Notes: generated by a model not told the origin, from the letters alone. Shown: positions 24,003-39,228, counted from the first letter of the whole stretch. The stretch is 63,892 nucleotides of DNA, filler included, from Octopus bimaculoides (GCF_001194135.2; 4 parts of 4 records of this genome joined end to end with filler, not necessarily neighbours in it); one strand, 5' to 3'. Made by a program: numbers and translations.

Positions 24003-25039
24003 TGTGCGTGCGTGTGTGCGTGTGATGTTTGTATGTCCATATGTGTATATATATATATATATATANNNNNNNNNNNNNNNNNNNNNNNNNNNNNNNNNNN
24101 NNNNNNNNNNNNNNNNNNNNNNNNNNNNNNNNNNNNNNNNNNNNNNNNNNNNNNNNNNNNNNNNNNNNNNNNNNNNNNNNNNNNNNNNNNNNNNNNNNNN
24201 NNNNNNNNNNNNNNNNNNNNNNNNNNNNNNNNNNNNNNNNNNNNNNNNNNNNNNNNNNNNNNNNNNNNNNNNNNNNNNNNNNNNNNNNNNNNNNNNNNNN
24301 NNNNNNNNNNNNNNNNNNNNNNNNNNNNNNNNNNNNNNNNNNNNNNNNNNNNNNNNNNNNNNNNNNNNNNNNNNNNNNNNNNNNNNNNNNNNNNNNNNNN
24401 NNNNNNNNNNNNNNNNNNNNNNNNNNNNNNNNNNNNNNNNNNNNNNNNATTTTGAGGGGGATAGGGGTGTAGGAACCGGGGGCGGAGTGTGTGTGGCCAT
24501 TAACAATAACAACGACAACAGCCAATGATAATTAGAATTAAATTATGATTAATGAAGGCTGTCCCGACTTTACGAAACTCATCAAAATCACAAGTTTATT
24601 TTCTCTTTGAGACGACGGATCAAAATTCCTTAACTTGACTATAAAGTACTAATAACGTGTTTGGTGTTGAGTAAAATAGTAGAAATACTAATAAAAAATG
24701 GTCAATGGTAATTAAATATACACTGGTTGTTCTATAAGACGTTAATATCTTTTAATTTTATTTTTATTTCTGTACATCAAAATTAGTTTATAAATGTAGC
24801 CATGATAAAACATGGCGTTCTCTTAGTTCTATTGCTGTTACTCGTTTCTATCGAATTTCTTGCTTGCTACATTGCTCTCTCTCTCTCATAGTCCCTCTCT
24901 TTCTCAGTCTCTTTCTCTTTCTCTATCATAGTCCCTCTTTTCCTCAGTCTCTCTCTCTCTCTCTTTCCCTCTCTTTAATCTCTCATCCATTTCTGTCTAG
25001 ACACATACAACATGGCATTTATGAATGTACAAACATTAG

Positions 25040-25465
25040 TTTCAGATTTTGGTACTAGCAATTTCAGGGTAAGGGGGGGGGGGCAAGTCGATTACAACGA
25101 CCCAAGTGCTCAACTGATACATTTTTTTATCGACTCTAACAGGATGGAAGGCAAAGTCGACCTTGGTGTAATTTGAACGCTGAACCTAAAGACAGACGAA
25201 ATATCGCTAAGCATTTCGCCCGGCGTGCTAACGGTCCTGCCTGCTCGCTGCTTTATAAATGTACAAATAATTTTTAAGATAGGCACACGACAGAATTAAA
25301 TTTAGTGGAGGAACGTAGATAAGGTTGCACTCAATACGTAATTGATATCTTATTTTATCAGTTTTAGAATAACGAAAGACAAAGTGTAACTCGGAGAGGT
25401 TTGAGCTCAGAATGGAAAGGTAATGGACTACGCCTCGTGACATGCTATCCCCGCCACTCTACCGA
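25040..25465 (-). mobile_element. Two adjacent SINE family B copies
   Basis: aaagtcgaccttggtgtaatttgaacgc...gctaagcatttcgcccggcgtgctaacg; a second, more degenerate copy follows. Confidence 0.7.
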
Positions 25466-25693
25466 TTCGGCCAATCTATTGCTTTCTGTGTGTACGTTGT
25501 TTTCAGGAGCCACCCACAATGAAAATATGCTTCTACGGAGATGATTTGAACCAAGGAGGGAGCCTCTATGAATTTCTGTCTCATATAGGAAACCCCTACA
25601 AGCTTGCTTACCCGGTTAGAAATATGTCCCAGTTAATAAGTTAACGTTTATTAAAAATATTTTTAAAAAAAGGAAGTCTTATATAGTTCCGTG

Positions 25694-25694
25694 G

Positions 25695-25725
<31 letters not shown>

Positions 25726-25745
25726 AATAATGATGATGATGATGG

Positions 25746-25789
<44 letters not shown>

Positions 25790-25811
25790 GTGGTGGTGAT
25801 GGTAATGATGG

Positions 25812-25851
<40 letters not shown>
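25694..25851 (+). repeat. (GAT)n microsatellite
   Basis: Direct reading. Confidence 0.97.
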
Positions 25852-25854
<3 letters not shown>

Positions 25855-26410
25855 GATGGGGGAAAATGTTGAAAAAGAAAAGATAGAAAATAAGAAAAGA
25901 AGAGGAGGGAGGGGTGGTAATAACGTTCAGTATTTATTGAACAAAAATGCCTCAGGCAGCTGTTGTATGACGTGATATAGTCTGGAAGATTGTGCAAGCT
26001 GGAATTAAGAACAGCCACCATCTTAGAAGACACTCCAGTGCTTCCGCTCTCCCGATTGTCTCCTGCAGAAACCTTTCATAGTTGATGTTTATTTGAAGAC
26101 CTTTCATATAGAGCTAGACCTTACCATAACTGTCTGTCTGCCCTGCCTACTGACTGGCTCAACTGCTGCTAGTCCTTTGTTTCGCTTATCTCAGCTAATT
26201 CTGATAAACCTATTCATCCGTTTGTGGTTAAAGGATATTTAAAAAACACAAAAAGCAAAAAGATAACCGGAAACTTTTTACGAACCAGCAACTAAGATTA
26301 CGCACAAATAAATTATACATAAATCATTGAAATGTTACATCAAAACATTGGAAATTTTATGTAAAACATTAAATGAATATCTTCACTTTTCCTTTTTTTT
26401 TTGTTACATA

Positions 26411-26633
26411 CGGGTGCAGGTGTGGCTGTGTAGTAAGAACCACATAGTTCCAGGTTCAGTCCCGCTGCGTGGCACCTTGGGCATATGTCTTCTACTATAT
26501 CCTTAGGCAGACCAAACTATCGTGAGTGGATTCGGTAGACGGAAAGTGAAAGAAGTCCATTTTGTGTGTGTGTGCGTGTGTGTATATAAGTTGGTAAGAA
26601 AGCTACTTACCACACACCCACTCCTGCACCTAT
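26411..26633 (+). mobile_element. SINE family A head (+), followed by an inverted head fragment (26588-26633)
   Basis: gtggctgtgtagtaag...ggttcagtcccgctgcgtggcaccttgggca (A/B-box-like). The reverse copy accacacacccactcctgcacctata follows. Confidence 0.75.
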
Positions 26634-26643
26634 AATGACAGAT

Positions 26644-26748
26644 GTTTATAGCACCTAGGTTTCCCAAGCGGTCACCCATGTACTGAATAGTCTCGACGTG
26701 GCCTAACTTCGGTGATCGGACGAGAACCGCTGTTTTCAACCTGATATA
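26644..26748 (-). pseudogene. 5S rRNA pseudogene (or 5S-derived SINE head)
   Basis: Reverse complement GTTGAAAACAGCGGTTCTCGTCCGATCACCGAAGTTAGGCCACGTCGAG...AGTACATGGGTGACCGCTTGGGAAACCTAGGTGCTATAAAC matches metazoan 5S rRNA. About 9 nt are missing at the 5' end and there is a ~4-nt deletion in box C. Confidence 0.88.
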
Positions 26749-27180
26749 CTTTTTACTTGTTTGGGTCATTAAACTGCGGCCTTTAAACTCAGGCGGCGTA
26801 AAATATGGGCGTCTAGTTTTCTGCACCTTGTACATACTGTCAAAGAAGGCATTTCAGTTTTTAAGGTCGTAGGTAGTAATTTGAGCAATTTAACTACTGT
26901 TTCTGGAGGTCAGGTTACCGCACAAGCATTTTCTCGCCGTTCGTAGAAAGAAATTGTGCATAAGGAATAGCAGTTTGTTGGATATTCTTACCTTTTAGCT
27001 CCAGGTTAATCCTGATCGAAAAGAACTGTAATCATAGACCAACCAACCACTGGACAGCCGATTGTAAGTCAAAACTAGAGGTTTCGAACCGTTTTTGCAC
27101 TGCGGAACGGTTGCTTGCAAGACAATTCTCCCAAGGATCGTGGAGGATCACGAACATAAATGCAGTACATACAAAACATA

Positions 27181-27406
27181 TACAGGGGGCACTGAAATGT
27201 TCCTGGTTTTCTTGGCTTGGGGTCAAAGAAAATACAGGACGATCCGTTAATTATGATTTCCCAACGTATTCCCCTCTCAGATTCATACGTTTATTGCAGC
27301 GATCATACAGTTTTTCTAAGCCCTGTATAAGAACTCAAAATGTTCGGTCCCAAACAGGCGTTTCGCGACACCTTTAAAGCCAGGAACTTTTCGGTAGCCC
27401 CTTGTA
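27181..27406 (-). mobile_element. Mariner-derived MITE
   Basis: TA-flanked ~29-bp terminal inverted repeats tacagggggcactgaaatgttcctggttt / aaagccaggaacttttcggtagccccttgta. Internal minus frame LYDRCNKRMNLRGEYV is a mariner C-terminus. Confidence 0.78.
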
Positions 27407-28535
27407 GATAATACAAAAACATACTGCAAACTGCGATAGTCCAGAATATAGAAATAAAATTTAAAAACTTTATTCTTTCTGTGCCGCCCGGTACCAAAAG
27501 ACCTACGGCCTGGCACTTAGCTGCGGCACGTGGCTGGGGGCCTCCCGGTCATGATTATATGACATATTTTTGCATTATTCAAAATGTTAGATTTCTTTTT
27601 AGAGAAGTTTGGTTGCTGTTTGCTGCAATGCTAACAACTCCTGTCGAGAATTCACTTGATGGCTTATCAGTGCAGAATGAACTGTAGAAAACCTTGTAGT
27701 TCACACGCGTTGGGTTGGCCGCCCATGGCATGTGTGAAAGAAGATATGGAAGAGATTTCACTTGAAAAGTTGGCATGGAACAGTTCTCGTATATTAATCT
27801 CAGCAACTATTAAGGTTTCGCTGTTAGCAATGTGACATTCACTCGAGTTTCTTTCATCGTTACTTAAGTAGTCAACATATTATTTTATTTCGTGTGGTCT
27901 TATTTGATTTCATTTTAGTTCTTATACTGAAACCACAGAAGTAAGAATTTGGTTGGAATAACAAGGATTCCTTTCTTCTCCTTCACCAGTTATTTCATAA
28001 GAACTTGACAAGATTACGTTGTCAAATACGCCTGTATACATCATATCAACCACTCCTACTTGTGAACTCTTGTATGCATTGATCTAACATTCACAATATA
28101 CTTGTAAATATATTAAAGTTCTAAGTTACATAATACATTAACTTAACCGAAGGCGAATCATATGTTTATATTGTTACACTTCTCTTTAATGTATAACCAG
28201 AAATTACTGCTGAGGGAATACAACTATAAGCCATAATACATTTAAAAGAAGGACCGGAGGAAATATCTCACTGACACCTTCTGCTTTATTAACGCATAGT
28301 TAAGTGTGGATGAACATACATATGGTGGTATATCAAAAGTGATTTTAATTCAGTAAAGTTTCACTGCGAATGAAAACGAGACGGACGCTTGACTTTATTG
28401 TTTAATTCTTCCCAACAACACGCATATATATATATATATATATATANNNNNNNNNNNNNNNNNNNNNNNNNNNNNNNNNNNNNNNNNNNNNNNNNNNNNN
28501 NNNNNNNNNNNNNNNNNNNNNNNNNNNNNNNNATA

Positions 28536-28570
<35 letters not shown>

Positions 28571-29002
28571 AATAGGGATAAAAAACCAAATTTACAGGTA
28601 AAAACTCAATTAAATTGGTTGCTGTGGATTTTCATGGATGAGTTCATGAACTTTGGTTCTTTTCTCTAAATTATATATATATATATAGGCGCAGGAGTGG
28701 CTGTGTGGCAAGAAGCTTGGTTCTCAACCAAATGGCTGTTAATATCGCTGTTTGAAACAATCCTGTGCATGTATAAACATTCTTTTAAATTTTAACGTCC
28801 TCTCTTTCCCATTTGTAACAAATTTGTTGAGTTCTGTAGGACACCTTTCCATAAATTCTCATAACACAAATTATACAAATTAAATTTTACATATTCGCAA
28901 ATCTTGCGTCAGTAAACCACCAGTAAAATATGAAGAATCTTTATTAGAAATAGCCTTTTCGGAACCTTCCAAAATAAAGGCTGAAATATAATCCTGTCTT
29001 TT

Positions 29003-29051
<49 letters not shown>

Positions 29052-29554
29052 NNNNNNNNNNNNCACACACGTATGTATGCATGTATGTATGTATGTATGT
29101 ATGTATGTATGTATGTATGTATAATGCATGAATTGACAGGTATGTGTGTGAATTACTATGTGGGATCCACATCCGTAAACATGACAGACGTTCTACCATT
29201 GAAACAAAGTATTCCTTCGAATATCTCCATCCATTTTAGAATCTTCGTTCTGCCTAGCGGGAATTGTATATTTTTTTACGTCATAGAAACTTACAAATGA
29301 TTTATCTATATCGTGTCTATTGACATGAGTGTAAAAGAATAGTGAATCACCTGATTTCTGTTTCAAGTTCCACACTTAGTTTCTCAGTTAAACAAGTTTC
29401 TGTTACATGTGTACCACCGTTACCTGGCCTGAAGGTGGCGCTGGCATCTTTAGTTTTTACTCCTCTTTTTTCATCATTTTTCTTCTTTTCTTTCTTTCGG
29501 TTTTTTCTTCCTTTCTTTCATTTATTGTTTCTTTCCTTTATTTCAGTTTTTATT

Positions 29555-29590
<36 letters not shown>

Positions 29591-29591
29591 T

Positions 29592-29629
<38 letters not shown>

Positions 29630-30607
29630 TTATTTTCCTGTCCTTCATATTGACGTTATCTTAATGTTACCTTAATTACAAACATCTAAAATGAATAATT
29701 TGTTTCCATATTCCTCTTTTTTAATACTTTTTTGTTTTTGTTTTTCATTTTTCTTTTTTTGTTTTCTAAATGTAATCTAGAACAGAATTTCAATAAACGA
29801 TCTCAACGACACCGCACTCACACCATCACACAAACACATACACACATACATACACACACATACACACACACTCACACACACACACATATACAATCATGCA
29901 TGTACACAAAGACTAACTATACAAACATATACACCCATACACATGCAAACACACACAAGAGCACTCACACACATAAACACTTACACACACACATTCTTTA
30001 AGACTCACAACATACACACACACACATGCTCCTCAAAACTCACCACACACACACCTACAGGTGTTTCTTCATAACCTACACATACACACACATATATACA
30101 TACATATATGCACATATCTATACATACATGTATATATATATAAATACATTTATATATATATATATGTATATATATATACATATATACCAATGCATGTTCA
30201 CACATACTAACCATGCATAAAAACGTGCACACATACATACACATATACACGTATACACTCGCACGCACACACCTCAATGCACACGGACGCACAATCCTAT
30301 AGAAAACCATAAACACACACGTCATCACAAACTTAGAGACACGCATACACACATCACAAGCAGGTAGTAATACATACACACACACATCCATCCATCCATC
30401 CATCCATCCATCCATCCATCCATCCATGAATACATACATACATATAATTATATATAAGCACTCACGCACACATCACTATATACGTGTGTAGTAGACAAGC
30501 ACAAACGTGTATACCCACAACACAGGTATGTTGTTCGCACACAAACACTCATACACCCACATACATACACACACAATTACGCATACACGCCAACCCAGAA
30601 TAAGAGA

Positions 30608-30638
<31 letters not shown>

Positions 30639-30655
30639 AGATAGAGAGAGAAGAG

Positions 30656-30723
<68 letters not shown>

Positions 30724-31207
30724 AACAGATTTCTGTAGATACAAGGGATGTGTTTTTTCAGGTCAGGTGAGAAGCTGTCGCTATGAAATGAACTCTGGTT
30801 GTAACCTAATTAGAAGACGGGTTGCAGAAGTTTATAGCTCCGTTACAACAGGAAAAATAATGACAGCAATTAAAGATGGATTTCAAAGCTTGTCCGTTGA
30901 AGTTCCTGCTGGCGGACACTAGAGAGATGCAAAGGATGACGATGTTAAGTTCAATACAAAATTGGCAACTGATTAGCCTTAGTCAACGCAACTGACACAA
31001 ACTGTAACGTTTCGATTTCCTACCAAAGCTTCATTACCGCCATTTCATTAGGAATTTCAACAAATATCAAGTATTGAACTGAATGAATCGATCGATTTTT
31101 ATTTTGTCTCAACGGTGAAGAAACAATTTGTTTATCCGTAAGGGACGCGATGGTATGGCGTGTCGTGAATGGTTTGCTGTGATCTGTAGTACGTGATTGA
31201 ATATGGT

Positions 31208-31440
31208 ATCTTTAATATTTTGCTTGCTTCACTCATTAGACTGCAGCCATGCTGGGGCACCGCCTTGAAGAAATTTTGGTCGAATGAATTGAGCCCAGTA
31301 CTCATTTTTATACAGATTGCTATTTATTCTATCGCTCTCTCCTGCCGAACCGCTAGGTTACGGGGTCATTAATACACGAACACTGGTCGTCAAGCAGTGG
31401 TAGGGGACAAACAGACACAAAGACATGCGCACGCATACCG

Positions 31441-31487
<47 letters not shown>

Positions 31488-31650
31488 AACACACACACAT
31501 ATACAAAAGACGGACTTCATTCCCTTAATGTCTACCAAATCCACTTACAAGGTTATAGTAGAGGACACTTGCCCAAGGTGCCACGCAGTAGAACTGAACC
31601 CAGAACCATGCGATCGGAAAGTATGCTTCCTGCCACGCAGCCACGCCTGC
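31208..31650 (-). mobile_element. SINE family A, full length
   Basis: Same tail-microsatellite-head arrangement as 21790-22240. Confidence 0.8.
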
Positions 31651-34465
31651 TGTTCGTGGTCTTGTAGGGTCTGTTGTGTGTGGAATGGTCAAATACAGTG
31701 TGATGGTGTTTCACTGTTGTTACTCGTAATTGAGTATACTTTTAATCAAAGGCGCCACAATTATGACCATCGCAACTTTTTTATTATCTAGCTTGACTTT
31801 GTGCAAAAATGTCTCTTTTTTTGCTACTTGTAGATTTTGCACCTAATAAATAAACCGAATTTCAAACAAACTGACCAAGAATCAACGACGTTCCAGCCAT
31901 TACTTTCTCGTCTTTATTTTCCTCATTTTTCCCTCAGAAACTGTGTATCTAGGACAACAATATTTACTGCACAGCTTTCCATTTTTTTTTCTTTCTAGGA
32001 TGTGATTTGAAGGAATTTTAACTGCTATTTCTAGTGAATCAATGGACCACATAGACAACTCCTTCACGTGTGTGGTGTAATGCAATGTTGTTATGTTATG
32101 TTATGCCGTGTGTTACACACACACACACACACACACATGCTAAGACTCTGCTGTGATAATATGTTCTCTAATCTGCCGTGCCGTGTTGTTTACCTTCGCT
32201 TGGCTGGTGTCAAGTCTTAGGCAGTCGAATAGGCAGAGATGTGGGTTTGAAGACGATTTATCTCTGTCGGATTATCTCGGTTCACTAAATCTCATTCCGT
32301 CAGTCTGTTCATCGACAATCTCAAGTGACATCTGTGTATGTGCATGAGTGTATGTGTGCGTGCGTGTGCGTGTGTATGTGTATGTGTGTGTGCGTATGTG
32401 TGTGTAAGCGTCCTTGCGTGTGTGTAAGTTTCTCATGGATTATTTTTTATTATGATTGGTAGTTTAGCACAAATATTAAGACTGATTAGCAATCGACGAG
32501 ACACATACAGATGCGCACGCACACATGCATACACACAGATACACACAAACACAAAGACACACTCATACACAGTCACACACACGCGCGCGCGCGTATCTGT
32601 TTCACGTAATGCTTGCTTGGAATAATTCAACTTTATTCGAACAATTAAACAAGTAATGCAGCGAAAACATATCCTTAAATCATTTTGCAACAGTCGATGT
32701 GAAGAAAGACGTTAATATTCTTGAATAGGTCAAACATTGCACAAATTCTTAATTCACGAAATCGACGCAACGTAATACAATTATGAGAGGCAAAGGTGGA
32801 ATATAATACAGCATAATATAATATTATATAATACAATATAATACATATGTTGTACTTTGAACTTGAATGGTGGCTTGATACTACACGGCACGCTTTACAA
32901 GCTCGTCCGACAATTATATTATCAGAGGCATGAAACTTAGAGTAGCTTGAATTTAAATCCCAACCACACAAACACGCCGATTATAGCAGCGATTCCATCA
33001 ATTCCTAGGGATATCTGAAGAAGGAATTTTTATTCCGAAATATTATATCAGACTATGGAGGATTAAATTACACCAGTTATTATAGTCCATTGTTGGTATT
33101 ATGTGCATTGTTGTGTCATTTAAAATATTTTATTCTTTACAAACAATATACAATGCTTCAAGCGAACTACAATACTCTCCTTTATAATTTTTCTTTCTGT
33201 AATTCGATATAAAATAGCAACAGTTAGCATAGATTGAGTGACGTTCATGCAGTTCCGAAATACATTACTCGAAGAAATAAAAAAAATTAAGGAGCTTTTC
33301 ATTATTGGGGATTGAAACCGAATTGTGAGGTTGACGTACTGAGATATTAGCTCCACTTGCACAGCTTTCGGTATCTAAATTTGAAGACGAGATATTTGTT
33401 TTTAAATGAATTAATGGATTTTTCACCACGCTCTACAACGCTTCTTGCAAGTCATACATAATTGAATAACGAAAAACTTGCTTGTTTTCCCTTTTACAAT
33501 CAATAGCGACTAGTTACAACGTCATACAACACAGCGACAGCAGTCTCCATAGAAATACAGCACGCAGATATTATTATTTATTTATTTATTATTTATTTTC
33601 ATTTATTTATTTAACAAAAAAAAAAAGAGACAAATGACAGGCAAGCAGACAAATCCGTCAAACAGACCAACGTGAACGCTGTTATCTGACATCAAATATT
33701 TAGAACGACTATCTCGAAAAAGATGACGGTATTTCCTTGATACAACCCCTTTGAGAATATTTTTTTCATCCATATAAAATAATATTTTGTTAGTGTTTTA
33801 TAAAATACCAGTAGCGAATTGTTAATAGCGAAAACCAATAAACAAGGAACTACTCTAGCAGACCAAAAATATAGAGTTTGACAGGAAAATGCTGTAAGGC
33901 AATGAATTTTATGTAAGATAAGTTTTAAGTTATGCGATCAAAGATATCGTATCTTCTTCACTACTGAAACGAAGATGGCAGGAAGTCGTGAAATAAAACA
34001 AACAAACGAAGAAGAAAACATAGAAATGGGGAATGAAAGGAATAAGGAAGAATACAAGAAAAAATTTATGGAGATAAGTATATAACATGTTTAAGAAATA
34101 ATGTGAAAAGAAATAATTAAAGCTGACAGTGAGGAGATAATGGTGAAAATATTCTCACTTTCTAGTCTTTCAGAGACGCTAACATACAGAAATTTTTACA
34201 AGCGTTTTTCAATATAGTAGACATATTTTAATTTATCTACCTTCACTTCCTGTGAATGTCATCGTGTATTGGTTGGTATAAATAATTTCTTCGCAGCATG
34301 GTATGCTCTAAACTGCTACATAAATTAAATAAAAAGAGAAAAACAAAAAAAAAAGCAAAACAAGAAAAACAAATAAGTATCGTAGTTTTGCCATAGGTGT
34401 GTCACATCAGACAGCGTCATCAGTGTTTGTGTATGTATGCGTATATGTATTCATGTATGCATGTT

Positions 34466-34522
<57 letters not shown>

Positions 34523-34927
34523 ATGTATGTATATATGTATAAATAAATATATTCATATATACATATATGTATATGTATATATAGGTATGCGCGTATGTAT
34601 ATATTATTCGAACGCACACACAGACACATACACGAGTACACGCATACATATATAATGTCTTAAATTCCTGAAAATATGTTCAAATATTTAGCGGTGTAAT
34701 ATTTTTTAGCGTAGCAGATATTGTAACAATGTGAGAGACTCGAAGAATGTCTCAATTTGTGAGGTATTCTTGAAGAGAAACGAAATATAAGGAAATCACT
34801 TACTGCCAAGGCTCCGTGTAAACCTGCTCCCTTTATGAGTCTGGTTCCATCCAATAAGAACATGTTCTATATTAATTTCGAGGCTTGTTTTCTAATAGAA
34901 GGAAAATAAATTCTGAATCAATAGGAG

Positions 34928-34973
<46 letters not shown>

Positions 34974-35619
34974 NNNNNNNNNNNNNNNNNNNNNNNNNNN
35001 NNNNNNNNNNNNNNNNNNNNNNNNNNNNNNNNNNNNNNNNNNNNNNNNNNNNNNNNNNNNNNNNNNNNNNNNNNNNNNNNNNNNNNNNNNNNNNNNNNNN
35101 NNNNNNNNNNNNNNNNNNNNNNNNNNNNNNNNNNNNNNNNNNNNNNNNNNNNNNNNNNNNNNNNNNNNNNNNNNNNNNNNNNNNNNNNNNNNNNNNNNNN
35201 NNNNNNNNNNNNNNNNNNNNNNNNNNNNNNNNNNNNNNNNNNNNNNNNNNNNNNNNNNNNNNNNNNNNNNNNNNNNNNNNNNNNNNNNNNNNNNNNNNNN
35301 NNNNNNNNNNNNNNNNNNNNNNNNNNNNNNNNNNNNNNNNNNNNNNNNNNNNNNNNNNNNNNNNNNNNNNNNNNNNNNNNNNNNNNNNNNNNNNNNNNNN
35401 NNNNNNNNNNNNNNNNNNNNNNNNNNNNNNNNNNNNNNNNNNNNNNNNATTTGAACTTCAGGGCATGTGATCTACCTATGTGCCAAAAATCATTAAAATC
35501 GGTCGGAGGGTGTGGCAGGAGGTAGCGTAAACCCAAACACACACACAAATGTTTATTTGCAGCCCGAGAAAATGGACTAACAATACGAACGGTAAATTAC
35601 TATTTGTAAATCTCACATC

Positions 35620-35831
35620 AAGAGATATTCAGTAACAGTACTTTGGAGTAAAGATTATTTGCCAACATAACATGGCAGTCCTGGTTTAGGACGAATGTTG
35701 CTGTAATTTAGCCCCAGGAGACATCGTGTCGTATAGTCAGCTGGAGACGATGTCTCCAGTGGCTAAATTACAGCAACATTCGTCCTAAACCAGGACTGCC
35801 ATGATATGTTGGCAAACAATCTTTACTCCAA
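35620..35831. mobile_element. Internally deleted copy of the same foldback family; 85-bp arms, 19-nt loop
   Basis: 35643-35727 versus 35747-35831, about 4 mismatches by eye. Confidence 0.82.
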
Positions 35832-37444
35832 TGCGTTCGGTGTTGCATAAAGAATTAAATTTTCGTCCGTGGAAACGTCATTATATGTAGGAGCTAAAAG
35901 TTGAAAACTGTGAAAAAGAACTTCACATTCTAAAAGCTATTATTTGGCCTTAAAAAGGACGATACTTCTTGTCAGCAGGAATTTAAGAAGAACAGGTTTC
36001 GATTCTGTTGAGCGGAAAAAGCAAAATTTAGACAAGAGAATTAATTCAGCGTCGACAGTGACATGCTAATGATGAACATAGACAAATACAGGTATATCAA
36101 ATACCATACATCATCGATTCTTGATTTATTAAAATCATCGCCGTCTCCATTATAATTACAAAATAGTAATTATGACTAGTTCTATGTGAGTTGTGGCGAG
36201 GGAGATATAATATCACGAATAAAAATTCTTCAATGTCAAAATGCCATTCAATGTAAACAACAAGGTTATACTTTGGAAATAAGACGAGAATCTCATGCAC
36301 GTGTTTCTGTCTAAATAGGTGTCATCAGCATGGAATCTGTCACACCCTATCTCCAGTAGCCAAGCGCCATACTCAAATACAAAAAGAATAGAACATATTT
36401 ATGGCGTGGATAATTTGCATACAGTGACAAACATCGAATTAGTCATTGCTAAAGTTTTGCATATAGTATAACCCCATGCCAAAATTGATTTGGTTGAATA
36501 ACGAATCGGCCTGTTCGAATGATCAGAACTGCAAAAGTATGTTGTATGTGTGAAGCTGTTTTTTTTTCTTTTCTGTGCTTCACTCCAAGCAGTTAAGCGC
36601 AGAAAATAGATAATAGAAATAAACTAGTTACCTTATACGGAAAAATATTTATTTCATGTTATTTGTGTTGCGATACAGAAATTGGAGTCAAGCAAAATGT
36701 CTTGTTTTTCTTTTCTGTTTTGCTTTGTTTTTTTTTTATTTGCTCTTTGTCTTTTATGATGAAGGTTTGCCAGCTTATTTTATATCTAGTGAATTACAAG
36801 TTTCATCTGAAGTCGTTATTTGGTGCACTATGTTACGCTATGTTAGAAGTGTTCTGTCGACTATGAATTCAGATATTTCGCCATATAATCAATGACATTT
36901 AAGAGATCAACATGGCAGTTTTTCATATGACTCTGTAATTACTAACCCAGTTCTCGGTATATTTTAACAAATTTGCTTGAAACGATATATAATGATATTT
37001 AGAAATGCAATAAATAACCGATTCATATCGGCTGGAATATCGACAAAGCGAATTACACCAGCAAAACACTAATACTATACAAGAAAACATCAGCAATAAA
37101 ATTAGTATTGCTGATCGAAGAAGTATTGGTAGCGGCCATTTTGAAATAGGTCATCATTTTAAAAATGATTCATTCGATAGTACATCACATACTAATCGAT
37201 CACATTAGAACTCGTCTCGTGAATATTGGTCTGTCATTACACAAATGGACTGTGGCTATTCAAACTCAGCACATTTTTATCTTTCTTTTCTTTTTTTTAA
37301 TTTTTGTTCACACTTTTCATGAGTTCTACTAAATATGACCAACAACTTCTTTAATGGTGGCGCTTTTAACGGCGCCATTGTGACGTGGGTTGAAACAGGT
37401 TCTCACTGACACATACACGTGATCTGTCCTTGCACATCTGAGTT

Positions 37445-37491
<47 letters not shown>

Positions 37492-37504
37492 AATATATAT
37501 ATAT

Positions 37505-37604
37505 NNNNNNNNNNNNNNNNNNNNNNNNNNNNNNNNNNNNNNNNNNNNTTAATTAATTAANNNNNNNNNNNNNNNNNNNNNNNNNNNNNNNNNNNNNNNN
37601 NNNN
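37505..37604. other. Artificial scaffolding spacer
   Basis: 44N + TTAATTAATTAA (37549-37560) + 44N. Confidence 0.93.
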
Positions 37605-39228
37605 GAGGATAGGGGTAGGGATGGGGTATGTGGGAGTGGGGTGCAAGGGATGAGGTGGGGTTGAATGGGATGGGATGTATAGGGATGGTGGAGCTGGAAT
37701 GTGTAGGGGTGGGGTAACGATGGAGGGGATGACGATGAAGGGAGAAAGTGGAAGGTGGGTAGGAGTGAAGAGAGGAAGTAGGTGTCAAAGCAAGAGAGGA
37801 GAGGTAGGTAGGAGGAAGTAGGTGTGAGAAGAAGAGAGGAAGAGGATTAGATGAAAAGGGGTGGAGAGTTGAGCCTATGTGGCACAAAGGAGCGAAGAGA
37901 GAAGATTAATCCATCTTCATGGCGAAGACGGGAATCCAGATGGCCCCTGTGCAACGACAATCCGAACACAGACAGGTGTTGTAAAGAATGACCGATAGAG
38001 CGGAAATGGCGCGAGACCGGGGTGTCGTTGCCGAGTCTGATGTTTCGGTGTTCTGCGAACCGGTCAACCAAGCGGCGTCCCGTTTGGCCGATGTATAGAG
38101 AAGGACAGAGAGAGAAGGACAGAGAGAAGGACAGAGAGAGCAGGAGATGCAGTAGATGACGTGGCTAGAAGTGTAGGTGAAGGCGTCAGTGATATGATAG
38201 GGTCGATGATGGGTGCCTGTGAGGAGGATGGTGTTAGATAGGTAGGAGCAAGTGCAGCAGTGTGGGCGGGAGCAGAGGAACGAGCCAGGTTGGGAGGTTG
38301 GGTTAGGGAAGAAGCTGTGGACCAAGATGTCTCGAAGGTTGTGGGTTCGATTGAAGAAGAGGCGGGGTCGGTTAGGGAAGATGTGCGAAGTGGAGGGTCG
38401 GACTGGAGTCGCCAGAAGGCTCGGAGAATGGTGCGTTGGAGAGGTAGGGTGGTAGGTGAGGGGAAACGGGAGACGGCTGATGGCGGGGCGGGTGCAGGGG
38501 GGAGAGCAGATGCACGGTCCATGGAACGCGCTCTGGTAAGGGCGATGTGGATAGTGGTGAGGGGATATCCACGTAGGATGAAGTGTTGAGCCATGAGTTG
38601 AGACTGAGTCTCAAAGTCATGGTCGTCACTGCAGAGCCTGCGTAGACGGAGGAATTGGGCATAGGGAATGGAGAGCTTGGTGTGTTTAGGGTAGGAGGAG
38701 GAGAAGTTGAGGTATGAGTGTGAATCTGTGCGTTTGTAGTGGATTGAGGTGGTGAGAGTGGAGTGATGAATGCTGACCGAAATGTCGAGAAAGGTGACGC
38801 AAGTATCGGAAATAGTGCAGAAGTGGAGGGCAGGATGGAAAGATTTGATAAAAGAGAAGAAAGAGTCTAGATGTTCGCGAGAGAGTGAGGTCGCACTGAT
38901 ACACCGTGTATAGGCTCTTGATGTCAAGAGTGAAGAGAAGTTTAGAGGGGCCAGAAGGGAAGGAGAAAGAGTTGAACAAATGAAGAGCATGGTTAGTGTC
39001 ATGGATGTGAGAGGGGAGGGAAGCCACTAGTGGGGCAAGGACATGGTCAAGATATCTGGAGTTGAGTTCGGTGGGGCAGTTGCAAGCAGAGACGTTGGGG
39101 CAGCCAGGGTTGTTAGGTTTGAGGATTTGGGAGAGGAAGTGAATTGTGGGGGTGCGGACAATGAGGTTAGAGGTGGTTAGGTGGGAGATAGGAGGAGGAG
39201 ATGAGGTCATGGATAGTGGAGGACACAG

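Noticed and set aside
27480-27810. hAT dimerisation-domain remnant (PSSEFSTGVV...)
   Set aside because: Resemblance too weak without a profile search.
31000-31045. Minus-strand GTAATGAAG...CGAAACGTTA as an HHR
   Set aside because: Two core mismatches and a weak stem II; too decayed to call.
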